From contig JAUCBJ010001275.1 in assembly GCA_032718475.1 (NCBI GenBank), forward strand, positions 1-64,000: a stretch of 64,000 nucleotides of DNA, given 5' to 3'. The translations under genes and the position numbers were made by a program. The stretch is from Nemertoderma westbladi (Eukaryota; Animalia; Xenacoelomorpha). The notes beneath the pieces were generated by a model that worked only from the letters and a program-made list of their open reading frames with translations, had not been told where the DNA came from and ran no database searches. Shown in pieces: positions 13,801 through 25,956 of this stretch (positions are counted from its first letter, which is position 1; every line of letters begins with the position of its first letter).

Positions 13801-15636
13801 CCGGAGGTTCTAGAACTCCAACTAACCCAAAAAGAAACCGTTCACCAAAGGTTCGAGAACTCCAACTAACCCAAAAAGAAACCGTTCACCGGAGGTTCTA
13901 GTAACTCCAACTAACCCAAAAAGAAACCGTTGACCAGAGGTTCTAAAACTCCAACTAACCCAAAAATAAACCGTTCACCGGAGGTTCTAGTAACTCCAAC
14001 TAACCCAAAAAGAAACCGTTCACCAGAGGTTCTAGTAACTTCAACTAACCCAAAAAGAAACCGTTCACGGGTTCTAGTAACTCCAACTAACCCAAAAAGA
14101 AACCGTTCACCGGAGGTTCTAGTAACTCCAACTAACCCAAAAAGAAACCGTTCACCGGGGGTTCTAGTAACTCCAACTAACCCAAAAAGAAACTGTTCAC
14201 CGGAGGTTCTAGAACTCCAACTAACCCAAAAAGAAACCGTTCACCGGATGTCTAGTAACTCCAACTAACCCAAAAAGAAACCGTTCACCGGAGGTTCTAG
14301 AACTCCAACAAACCCAAAAAGAAACCGTTCACCAGAGGTTCTAGTAACTCCAACTCACCCAAAAAGAAACCGTTCACCGGCGGTTCTAGTAACTCCAACT
14401 AACCCAAAAAGAAACCGTTCACCGGAGGTTCTAGTAACTCCAACTAACCCAAAAAAAACCGTTCACGGGTTCTAGTAACTCAAACTAACCCAAAAAGAAA
14501 CCGTTCACCAGAGGTTCCAGTAACTCCAACTAACCCAAAAAGAAACCGTTCACCGGAGGTTCTAGAACTCCAACTAACCCAAAAAGAAACCGTTCACCAG
14601 AGGTTCTAGTAACTCCAACTAACCCAAAAAGAAACCGTTCACCGGAGGTTCTAGTAACTCCAACTAACCCAAAAAGAAACCGTTCACCGGAGGTTCTAGA
14701 ACTCCAACTAACCCAAAAAGAAACCGTTCATGGGTTCTAGTAACTCCAACTAACCCAAAAAGAAACCGTTCACCGGCGGTTCTAGTAACTCAAACTAACC
14801 CAAAAAGAAACCGTTCACCGGAGGTTCTAGTAACTCCAACTAACCCAAAAAGAAACTGTTCACCGGAGGTTCTAGTAACTCCAACTAACCCAAAAAGAAA
14901 CCGTTCACCGGAGGTTCTAGAACTCCAACTAACCCAAAAAGAAACCGTTCACGGGAGGTTCTAGTAACTCCAACTAACCCAAAAAGAAACCGTTCACCGG
15001 AGGTTCTAGTAACTCCAACTAACCCAAAAAGAAACCGTTCACCGGAGGTTCTAGAACTCCAACTAACCCAAAAATAAACCGTTCACCGGAGGTTCTAGTA
15101 ACTCCAACTAACCCAAAAAGAAACCGTTCACCGGAGGTTCTAGTAACTCCAACTAACCCAAAAAGAAACCGTTCACCGGAGGTTCTAGTAACTCCAACTA
15201 ACCCAAAAAGAAACCGTTCACGGGTTCTAGTAACTCCAACTAACCCAAAAAGAAACCGTTCACCGGAGGTTCTAGTAACACCAACTAACCCAAAAAGAAA
15301 CCGTTCACCGGAGGTTCTAGTAACTCCAACTAACCCAAAAAGAAACCGTTCACCGGGTTCTAGTAACTCCAACTAACCCAAAAAGAAACCGTTCACCGGA
15401 GGTTCTAGAACTCCAACTAACCCAAAAAGAAACCGTTCACGGGTTCTAGTAACTCCAACTAACCCAAAAAGAAACCGTTCACCGGAGGTTCTAGTAACTC
15501 CAACTAACCCAAAAAGAAACCGTTCACCGGAGGTTCTAGTAACTCCAACTAACCCAAAAAGAAACCGTTCACCGGAGGTTCTAGTAACTCCAACTAACCC
15601 AAAAAGAAACCGTTCACCGGAGGTTCTAGTAACTCC
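10875..15636. repeat. 45-bp tandem array (about 105 copies, with 42/43-bp variants) made of the Csk exon 3 3' end plus its splice donor
   Basis: Unit GGAGGTTCTAGTAACTCCAACTAACCCAAAAAGAAACCGTTCACC; the rightmost copy is the coding end of exon 3. Confidence 0.97.
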
Positions 15637-15782
15637 TCAGCTTGTAATCTTCCAATCTTCCCGTGTAACCATGGCATACTGTGCAACTTCACTTCGTGTC
15701 GATTCATCGGGCTGTCAATATAATTGGCCGGAACCATACCTTCTCTTCCCTCACTATTCCTAGCTTTATACCAATTAGGGTC
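15599..15782 (-). CDS. Csk: Csk coding exon 3 (SH3 C-terminal half, SH2 start)
   Basis: tttcag| DPNWYKARNSEGREGMVPANYI...MPWLHGKIGRLQAEELLEPPVNGFFL G|GTTAGT; 184 nt; splicing to exon 4 restores FLVRES. Confidence 0.93.
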
Positions 15783-16290
15783 CTGAAACAATAATTATGA
15801 GATGAAATAAAATACACAGTTTATCTACAAAGTGATAAAAATTAATGTAACAATTGGCCATGATAATTATTGGTACTATAATCACACACATCGGAGTACC
15901 GGTATGGGATTTAATAACATTTATGACGGGGGTGGGGGGGGGGGGGGTGTCTTGACGCTAATGAACAATGTTAATTATCAATTAAGGGAAATGAACAGGT
16001 TACAGTGATCCGATTTTTAGTTTTCGAATTTGGTTCCGTAGAAATAAATGTGAAACTATATCCCAATTAACTCATTTCATGAAATTAAAATTAATGGTAA
16101 AACAGAATCAATATACTGATGATTTTACATGAAATATCTGGTTATGGTTAATGTTAATAAAGCTGAAAAGTTTTCTAAAATTTGATATGTATGTTCCCCT
16201 CGCTATGTTCCCGTCTGGTCCACATACAACGCATGTACCGGTACCGGTATATACCTGTAGTACTCGCCCATCTCTATTCGAGGATGCTTG

Positions 16291-18279
16291 CAGGTATCGT
16301 ACGATAGTTACTATTTGCGGTAACGGTATTTACCGCGGTAGCAAACAATGTAGCTGTTATTAATTAAGTTAGACGCTCACTATTGGACGACTTTTTTTTT
16401 AAAGTGTGGCGATTATTTTTGGAATTTAAATAGTTTTCTTGAATTAATGAATTTAATTTATTTTTATTTTCGTTGACAGAAAAATAGCTTATATTGAAAA
16501 ATATCGAGACATGAAAAATATCGAGAGTAAAAATATCGAGCGTTGAAAATAACGATAATATCGAGAGTTCAAAAATATCGAGAGTAAAAATATCGAGAGT
16601 AAAAATATCGAGAGTAAAAATATCGAGAGTAAAATATCGAGAGTAAAAATATCGAGAGTAAAAATATCGAGTGTTGAAAAATATCGAGTGTTGAAAAATA
16701 ACGATAATATCGAGAGTTCAAAAAATATCGAGAGTAAAAATATCAAGAGAAAAAATATCGAGAGTAAAAATATCGAGTGTTGAAAAACATCGAGAGTAAA
16801 AATATCGAGAGTAAAAATATCGAGAGTAAAAATATCGAGTGTTGAAAAATATCGAGAGTAAAAATATCGAGAGTAAAAATATCGATAGTAACAATTTTTT
16901 TAATTACGGTTGTATATATGATAATTTTTTTCTTAAAAATGTTCTAGAACAAAAAAATGTGTTCTAGAACAAAAAATATTTATCAATATTTGTCCTAGAA
17001 CATTTATAAAAAGAAGTAGAAAATACTAGCTATTTTAAAAAATTTAAAATGTGATCTAGAACTAAAAAATGTGTTCTAGAACAAATTAAAAATTCTAATT
17101 TCATTTTAATTTTTTCTAATTTTGATATATTTATCAAAATTGATAGCTCTTCTATAATATTTATTAAAAAAATAGCAAAACTAGCTAGTATGATAAATAT
17201 GGTCAATAGGAACCCAAGGTGTTTTAATGCCATTTATTTGGACTTCCATTGTTGTAACCCATGCACTGCAATATTGTCCCATAATTCTAAATAAAATGCT
17301 CACGCAAAATGCAATATTTTTACTCTCGATATTTTTCAACACTCGATATTTTTTCTCTCGATATTTTTTCTCTCGATATTTTTACTCTCGATATTTTTAC
17401 TCTCGATATTTTTCAACACTCGTTATTTTTACTCTCGATATTTTTCAACACTTAATATTTTTACTCTCGATATTTTTCAACACTCGATATTTTTCCTCTC
17501 GATATTTTTCAACACTCGATATTTTTACTCTCGATATTTTTCAACACTCGATATTTTTACTCTCGATATTTTTACTCTCGATATTTTTCAACACGTTAAT
17601 TTTCAACCCTCGTTATTTTTACTCTCGATATTTTTACTCTCGTTATTTTTACTCTCGATATCTTTACTCTCGATAATTTTACTCTCGATATTTTTACTCT
17701 CGTTATTTTTACTCTCGATATTTTTCAAGTCTCGATATTTTTCACTATTACCGAAAAATACGATACAATACGAATCAATATTTCATATGTTGTAATGTGT
17801 AACAGCAGTAATGATTGCTGACGTTTATTTTTGAAGGTATAATAATAAAGGATACAATGTGATATTAATGTGAATGTAAGAAAATGCGATATGATAAAAA
17901 AAAAGTTTTGTAATTTTTTCGTATCATAAAAAATTTGTATCTTATTAACTCCATAGTTATACGAAATCAAGATTATTATTTTAGAAAATTATTTGACGAT
18001 ATCAAATAATTTGACTATTACTATTGCTGCTGTTTCAACCTGTTATGACATATGATTGATATGAACTTCAACTTAATTTAGGAACAAAGTTTACAGTAAA
18101 AGTTTTTTATTTCTTCTGTTCTTAGGTACTTATTTTTCAATTATCAATTTAACATAAATTCATGGGCAGGCAGAAACAGCACCCCAATTATAAATTTGTC
18201 TTCTGTAAATAGTAAAAACTAATTACCAACTACCGCAGTAGTTGGCATTTGCGGTAGCGGTAGTACCGTACGATCCCTG
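16291..18279. mobile_element. Non-autonomous hAT-type element
   Basis: TIRs CAGGTATCGTACG / CGTACGATCCCTG; exact 8-bp TSD GATGCTTG at 16283-16290 and 18280-18287. Confidence 0.88.
16493..17747. mobile_element. Foldback-like element with ~400-bp inverted arms of 15-bp repeats (AAAAATATCGAGAGT), nested in the hAT element
   Basis: Left arm 16493-16890 and right arm 17315-17747 are reverse complements, including their outer ends. Confidence 0.8.
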
Positions 18280-18643
18280 GATGCTTGTTACTTCACAATA
18301 CAATTAATTTTGAGAGGGGCAATAACGTTGATAATTATGGGGATAATTCAATTTAACAATGAAATACATTCCATTCCAATTAAAATGGGGAATTTTTAAA
18401 AAATAACATAAAACAAGTCAAAATTTAAAACATTAAAGATTATCCCTTTTATTCGCGATTGACCCAGATATGCGTTGCGTACAGTAGAGGCGTCAATGAC
18501 GTTATAGAACACCTTGGGTGTACTAGTGGTACCGGTACTACTAAGGAGAAACATAGTTAGATTACATTTGGGTTGATTGCATTTGTGTCTATTGTTATTA
18601 TTGATTGGTGTTTTTCCAATATTATTATAAACAATATCTTTAA

Positions 18644-19410
18644 CCCGTAAACTGGTGAAACCTCATATATGAGTTTTGGGAGGGCCAATTCCACTTGGTG
18701 AGAATTTTTCTAATGGTAGTATCTGACTTGGTGAAAACTTACATTTGAGTGTATGAGCCAACGTCTGGACTTGGTAGAGATTTTATTTTTTTTGCTATTC
18801 CTCTTTGGTGAGAGTTCTTATTCTACTTATCGGAATTATGTCAGTTTGGAATTCATAAAAAGAATGGCTTGAAAATTATTCGTAACATTCTATGAATGTA
18901 AAAATCTAAGTGTTGAATTTTTTTTACCGAATAAGACTAATTATTTTAAAAAATGCTGCGAATTAGTAAATTCGCGATCGAGTGCGTAATTTTCAACTTC
19001 AGAGGCCGTTAATATCATCTGAAAGAGGAGAAAATGACCTTAAACCTGGGGTTTATACTTTGTTTCTGTGACTTAGAACAATGAAACGGCCATTATTTGA
19101 AATTAGACAACTTTCCCACGCTTTACTATCGCGTTGTTTATACTGATCGTCTGGAGTCGATTCAACTACTGTTGTAAAGCTCATTAACATCCCAATACAA
19201 TGGCCTGATGACGTTGACAGAAAAGCCAATGCTACCTTCCTGGGAGCTGATAACCAAAAGTATAGCCGAAACTCATATTTGAGTTTACACCAAGTCAGAA
19301 TAGATTTTATCAATAATTCCCACCAAGTAGAACTAACAATCGCAAAACTCATATTTGAGTTACCACCAAGTGGAGATGGCGTTTTAGAAAAATCGTCACC
19401 AGTTTAAGGG
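18644..19410. mobile_element. Non-autonomous piggyBac-type element
   Basis: TTAA on both sides; TIR CCCGTAAACTGGTGA / TCACCAGTTTAAGGG (14 of 15 match). Confidence 0.82.
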
Positions 19411-19844
19411 TTAATTAAGTGGCAAACACTATATTGAATATTAATACTGTATAGTGTATATTAACTAATAATGTTATCGGTATCAATTTTAAGTCAAAAT
19501 GGTGACCAAAGTGACTAGGGATGTCCCGGAATTCCGTTCCGGCCGGAATTGCCGGAATGGGGTCAATTCCGGCCGGAATTTGACCGGAATTACCAGGTTC
19601 CTAACTAGTTTGATAGTTGCCAATTGCATTAGTTTGTGAAATTATTATCAAAATTTATATATTTTTTTAAACATATACTTACCAATTATTGTTTAAGATG
19701 CAGTACTTGTCAACACTTGTAAAAAAAGTAAAGAAGTAAAATTTTCTTCGGCCGTTAGCTTAGAGCTACCATTTAAGGATGCAAAGCAGATATAGATACC
19801 CCATGCTAGCCTCTTCAAATCATTCGTACCTAAACGAAAACTGC

Positions 19845-19900
19845 CGTGGCCCATGCGAGGTTCGAACCCACAACCTCCAGATAGAATGCCAGATTCAATG
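19845..19900 (-). other. tRNA-derived remnant (SINE head or pseudo-tRNA)
   Basis: Minus strand GGAGGTTGTGGGTTCGAACCTCGC contains a B-box/T-loop; no complete cloverleaf seen. Confidence 0.45.
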
Positions 19901-19961
19901 CAACTTAATTCACATTTATAAAATATTTTGTCGTTCAGAAGATTTTTTATGAAATGCATTG

Positions 19962-20327
19962 GGCCCGTGCTCCATTGGTGAGTCATAAGTCGTTTTCAGA
20001 TTTTGTCTTCAGAATGTTTTCAGAATGTCAAAATTACACCTCCCTTGCTCCACTGGTTCATAAGTCAAAAGTCATTTGTTCAAAAATATAAGTTGAGTCT
20101 CACATTTACAAAATCATTTACAATTTAACAGGTATCGCTTTCAGCATGCCATAAGTCATGAGTCGTATGTCAAAAAAAGATGGAACATGGGACATAATCA
20201 CTTTCGCTCATAAGTCGTTACTTACGATTTACCAGTAGAGTGTAGACGCTCCCATTGAAACCAATGTGTTGGTGTTCCATAATATATTTTGACTTACGAC
20301 ATAAGACTTACCAGTGAAACATGGGCC
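19962..20327. mobile_element. MITE with GGCCC-initiated imperfect TIRs (PIF/Harbinger-like), nested in the hAT element
   Basis: GGCCCGTGCTCCATTGGTGAGTC ... GACTTACCAGTGAAACATGGGCC, with internal TCATAAGTC motifs. Confidence 0.55.
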
Positions 20328-21375
20328 TTAACGAGTGTCTTTACAATTTGCTTAGATTGGAATGGTTTTTAGATTGATTTACATTATTATTCATTGATTT
20401 TACATTATTTTAATTTGATATAATTATTAAATAATATGATAATATTAATATTGGTATTATCCAACATAACATAGGATTACCCCTAAAGTTTTGCAGCTTA
20501 TTTCCAAGGATTCCTTTATGTTACTTGGTTACAAATAGGCCTGCGTATTTAGGTCCTGCAAGTGTGGTCGTTGGGTCTTGCGTCAATATTCCCTGTGTCG
20601 TAGGTGCTGCATATAATACAGTATGTTTATTTATATTTATAGCAAAGCTATTTCTTATCCGAAATATATTTATTCCCAGCAAAATTAAACTGTACGATGT
20701 ATTATTAACTTTCGTTTATTGTTCTGGTTCGAATAACATGTAACTGTAACATGCTCCTTTCCCTTAACGACACCAGGATATTGCACTAAACGCTCTAATG
20801 ATGCGAAACCAGGAAACCCGAAACCTCTGGTCAACTTAGGTTTTTAAGTATGAGCCTAAAAACCTAACTTTTGGCCAATGATATAGGTTTCTAAAAAAAC
20901 AATGAATTCCCTGTCGTATAACGCCGAAGTAGGCCTACCCCCTCCCGTCCCCAAAATAGGCCGTAACGTGCCAAAATTCGTTTATTTCACAAAAAAATAT
21001 AAGGTTTCATGGGTCACTTAGTGTATTTCACTAATTTATACAAAATTCCGGTTCCGGCCGGAATTCCGGCCGGAATATTCCGGCATGTTGAATTCCGGTT
21101 CCGGTTCCGGCCGGAATCAAAATATTGATTCCGGGACATCCCTAAAAGTGACCTATATGAAAAATACAGTGAGAAAATGAGTATGAAACTTTGTGCGTGT
21201 AAAAGTTTCCCAAATTTTTGTGAAAAAACCCCCAGAGACAAGTAAATTCAAACCATAACGATACCCGAAGTAGTCAATAATAGCACAGATTGCGTCGAAA
21301 ATCCCCTGGATAAGGTTGATTGCGACAAGACCCCCCCCCCCCCCCCCCCCCCCCCTGTATGTGACACATACTAAC

Positions 21376-21489
21376 CCTAGTAACACGAACTATCGTCAAT
21401 AATTCCCCTTTTCGGAACGGTAAGTCATCTGCAGTTGAGCCATTGAAAGAATATCTGCCAACACATTCCGTACCAGGTTTAAGAACATT
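21376..21489 (-). CDS. Csk: Csk coding exon 2 (SH3 N-terminal half); not in the ORF track
   Basis: ttttag| NVLKPGTECVGRYSFNGSTADDLPFRKGELLTIVRVTR |GTTAGT; 114 nt, phase 0/0; matches Csk [35 protein letters not shown]. Confidence 0.93.
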
Positions 21490-22769
21490 CTAAAATGTAC
21501 AAAGAAAAAGTAAACAAATTAACAGTAATCCTAAACCACAAAAAGGCACCATCGATGGAGTAGTACAGTACCGGTAGTACAAGTCTGTGAGTATAAAATA
21601 AAACAATTGGTCGCAAACTTCTAACAGCATTGAATGCTGTAAAGGAATAATTATAAAAAATGTACCGGCACTGCAAAATACGATTCTGAATGTTAAATAA
21701 TAAATCAATTACCTCGAGCACGAACTCCAAACTTAATGTGGCTATAGTTTGTTATAATAAAGGACAGAACAAACCAGTTGCTCCTATAATAGCTCTAATG
21801 CCTTACTGTGAGTAAATGGTCTAGCACATCACGTCGTACTGTTGGTAGTGAGCCTCACAAAGGGAGATGGTCCAACAATATATCTGGAGGGTAGGTATGG
21901 CTATGCAGCCAAGGCAAGGGCAACACAATTTTCTAATTCACATAACAATTTCATTCACAGAAATCCAATAATATATGTGGCAACACACGTCTTCTATGTA
22001 AATGTAGGAACACATATCTTTGGATGTAGAAAAGATTTTGCTTTGAAATTTGGCAATCATCTATATTTTATTGCTTTCCAGACGACAACATTTCTTCTAG
22101 GATAGTTTAAAAATATTCGTTAAGGCCTCAGTGGCACAAGTTATAAATTGTTCAGTTTCATCGTGTAACCAACTTTACCAGTTTTCGAAATTTAGTCAAC
22201 TCTTGTCTGTTATGATGATTGTTGAACAAAACATGCACAATTTATTATTCTAGACTCATTAAAAATTCATAAAAATTGGCCAAACCAAAAAGAGATACCG
22301 GTATACGTTCCAAAACACGCAAAGATCAGGAAATTTTTATTAGCGGGAAATTGCACTTAATGTTGAAACATTAAAAACGGCGATATGAATAACATAATAT
22401 ATGAATGTAACTGCAAATTGAAAGTAATATCCACTGTATTTTGCAGGAAATTCAAACAGCACAAACGCTTGAGCGAGATATATTTTACAGCGTGACAGTT
22501 TGATCTGTTAGTTATTTTGAATATTATTATAATATTACTATAATATTACTATAAATTTTTCTCCATAAGTAACTTTAAATTAAGCATAGATACATAATAC
22601 TCAAGTACACATGCAATATGCATATTATTTTCGATAACAGTAACTCCATGCAGCCGCGTGTCCTTACATTATTATTATTATTATTGATTCTTTCGTAGAT
22701 TATTAAGCACATCAATTATGTACAAATAAGTTCAGGTTACTAGGTTAGCACAGTTATACATAAGATAAA

Positions 22770-23992
22770 ATATAAACGGATAGATACATAAAAGGATGGT
22801 TACATAGGATACATAAACGGATAGATACATAAAAGGATGGTTACATAGGATACATAAACGGATAGATACATAAAAGGATGGTTACATAGGATACATAAAC
22901 GGATAGATACAAAAATGGATGGTTACATAGGATACATAAACGGATAGATACATAAATGGATGGTTACATAGGATACATAAACGGATAGATACATAAATGG
23001 ATGGTTACATAGGATACATAAACGGATAGATACATAAAAGGATGGTTACATAGGATACATAAACGGATAGATACATAAATGGATGGTTACATAGGATACA
23101 TAAACGGATAGATACATAAATGGATGGTTACATAGGATACATAAACGGATAGATACATAAATGGATGGTTACATAGGATACATAAACGGATAGATATATA
23201 AGGATACATAAACGGATAGATATATAAATGGATGGTTACATAGGATACATAAACGGATAGATACATAAATGGATGGTTACATAGGATACATAAACGGATA
23301 GATACATAAATGGATGGTTACATAGGATACATAAACGGATAGATACATAAATGGATGGTTACATAGGATACATAAACGGATAGATACATAAATGGATGGT
23401 TACATAGGATACATAAACGGATAGATACATAAATGGATGGTTACATAGGATACATAAACGGATAGATACATAAATGGATGGTTACATAGGATACATAAAC
23501 GGATAGATACATAAATGGATGGTTACATAGGATACATAAACGGATAGATACATAAATGGATGGTTACATAGGATACATAAACGGATAGATACATAAAAGG
23601 ATGGTTACATAGGATACATAAACGGATAGATACATAAATGGATGGTTACATAGGATACATAAACGGATAGATACATAAATGGATGGTTACATAGGATACA
23701 TAAACGGATAGATACATAAATGGATGGTTACATAGGATACATAAACGGATAGATACATAAATGGATGGTTACATAGGATACATAAACGGATAGATACATA
23801 AATGGATGGTTACATAGGATACATAAACGGATAGATACATAAATGGATGGTTACATAGGATACATAAACGGATAGATACATAAATGGATGGTTACATAGG
23901 ATACATAAACGGATAGATACATAAATGGATGGTTACATAGGATACATAAACGGATAGATACAAAAATGGATGGTTACATATACATAGGATAC
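22770..23992. repeat. 41-bp minisatellite (ACATAAACGGATAGATACATAAATGGATGGTTACATAGGAT), about 29 copies, in Csk intron 1
   Basis: Period 41 read directly (e.g. 23101 and 23142); built from ACATA..GGAT subunits. Confidence 0.96.
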
Positions 23993-24350
23993 AAATCATG
24001 AAGTAGATACAAATTTTAACATATCTCCTAATTCCTACTTCATCAGACAAACACCTTCAATAACTTTATTACCATTACGTCTGCACGTACATTACAAAGC
24101 GCTCTACACAATCCTATCTTCCAAGCACTATCCGTAGTGAAGGTATTTTGCCTATCGGAAATAATAACACAGTATTATAAGAATAAATCACACGCTGACA
24201 TGCGTCAGGTGATTTGTGTTGGGTGTATTCCAGTATTCAAAGTACCATATCTTTAAAGTTACTGAACTATAACTGAGATATAATGATATAATTAGAAAAA
24301 ATTAAGATTTTTGGCCTACGAGCAACGAGTGCCCTTAAAAATCAACTTAC

Positions 24351-24494
24351 CGGAACATCAGTGTGCTGTCTTTTATCGCTAGTGGGTTTAGCTTTATCCA
24401 TATCACGAGAATGGGAAATAGGTTTATTATCCGTACCGGTATGTATTGAAACTATATGTGAGCTAGCATGAGAGCCCACTGTTGGTCCACTCAT
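24351..24494 (-). CDS. Csk: Probable first coding exon of Csk (48-aa N-terminal extension)
   Basis: ATG, open frame MSGPTVGSHASSHIVSIHTGTDNKPISHSRDMDKAKPTSDKRQHTDVP, then consensus donor GTAAGT in phase 0 compatible with exon 2; no homology support. Confidence 0.6.
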
Positions 24495-24732
24495 ATCCCC
24501 ATCTCCTTAATCAGTTAATTCAGTAATTTCAGATTCAGGACTTGAGCTTGAGGGATGTCAATTATAAGCACTCAGCATGTACCGGTACATCACATAAATC
24601 CGAAATCCACAGTATTACCGTAACAAATCAATATCATCAATAAAGCAATATATAGGCCTACAGAGGTAGGCTAATGCTGTAATGTGCACTGCTCTCTGCT
24701 GTTGCTGTACTGCCAGACTGCACACTGAATCA

Positions 24733-24885
24733 ACAGTGGGTATAACTTTTCGCCGTATCCGTATTCGTATCCGTATGCATTTGCCGTATCCGTATGTACA
24801 TACAGTAGGGTTCCCTATCCCGATCGGGAAATACAGATATACCCTTATAAGGTAATATATCCCGATCGGGATATTATACATACTG
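24733..24885. mobile_element. Small MITE-like element
   Basis: Ends CAGTGGGTATAA / TTATACATACTG, with internal CCGTAT repeats. Confidence 0.45.
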
Positions 24886-25149
24886 TCATTTACTACTGCA
24901 TATTCTACAGTTCTACCAGTCTAGGCTACTCTTCTCTGTAAAACTACAGTATATTTCGAAAACTAGAATGTTAATAAATATTATCAGAATGTGAAGTGAA
25001 GTCGCACTGCACTGCTAACAAACTCAATCCACCTAAAAAAAACGTGAAGAAAACGAAACTAGGATGACAATGGTAATGCATTCGCCGATTCGTGCATGAC
25101 ACTGAATAATCTGTTGTACCGGTAATTGAATCTGAATCTGATCAGAAGA

Positions 25150-25956
25150 CTTCGTGCAGCACGTTTGATACTGAATCCACACTATGGAATCAATCTTGAA
25201 ACGTTTAAGAGACCTTCGTGCGGTATGTCCATATGTGAGATACTGAAACAATCTATTGAAACGTTTAGGAGACCTTCGTGCAGCCCGTGGGGTAAAGTGA
25301 CCATTGTGCAGCACATTGGATACTGAAACAATCTAGTGAAACGTTTAAGCACGTGGGATAGGTAGGTACTGCAACAATCTATTGAAACATTTACCTATAT
25401 ACTACATACCTTCGCGCAGTATATGGCATACTGAAACAATCCGTTGAAACGTTTAAGATACCTTTGTGCAGCACATTGGGTAGTGAAACAATCTGTTGAA
25501 ACGTTTAAGAGACCTTCACCGAGTATGTGAGTGTGAGATACTGAAACAATCTGTTGAAACGTTTAAGAGACCTTCATGCAGCATGTGGGGTACTCTGTAA
25601 CAATTTATTGAAGCATTTAATTTTGAATAATTGAAGCATTTGCGCAGTATATGGAATACTGATCCAATCCGTTGAAATGTTTAAGAGACAACAATCTGTT
25701 GAAACGTTTAAGAGACCTTCATGCAGCACGTTGTATACTGAAACAATCTATTGAATCGTTTAAGAGTCCTTCGCTCAGTATGTGAGATACTGAAACAATC
25801 CGTTGAATCTTTTAAGACAGTAAGAGACCTTCGTGCAGCACGTGGCCGCGTGGGGTACTGCAACAATCTGTTGAAACGTTTAAGAGACCCTCATGCAGTC
25901 ATGCAGCACGTTGTATACTGAAACAATATATTGAAACGTTTAAGAGACCTTCGCGC
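25150..25956. repeat. Degenerate ~50-bp tandem repeat (TACTGAAACAATCTATTGAAACGTTTAAGAGACCTTCGTGCAG...), left part
   Basis: Recurrent core seen directly; the repeat resumes at 28785. Confidence 0.85.

Larger units (their letters stand above)
19516..21144. mobile_element. Non-autonomous hAT-type element
   Basis: Perfect 17-bp TIR TAGGGATGTCCCGGAAT, exact 8-bp TSD AAAGTGAC (19508-19515 and 21145-21152), CCGGAAT subterminal repeats. Confidence 0.92.

Noticed and set aside
13226-15372. ORFs (SPEVLVTPTNPKRNR)n and (GERFLFGLVGVTRTS)n
   Set aside because: They are by-products of the 45-bp unit and are broken by 43-bp variants.
16489-17676. Hydrophobic LSIF/SRYF ORFs as membrane proteins
   Set aside because: Translations of the 15-bp foldback arm repeats.
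24090-24151. Minus-strand WKIGLCRALCN as the start of SH3
   Set aside because: A far better SH3 exon exists at 21376-21489, and this segment is out of phase with the proposed exon 1.
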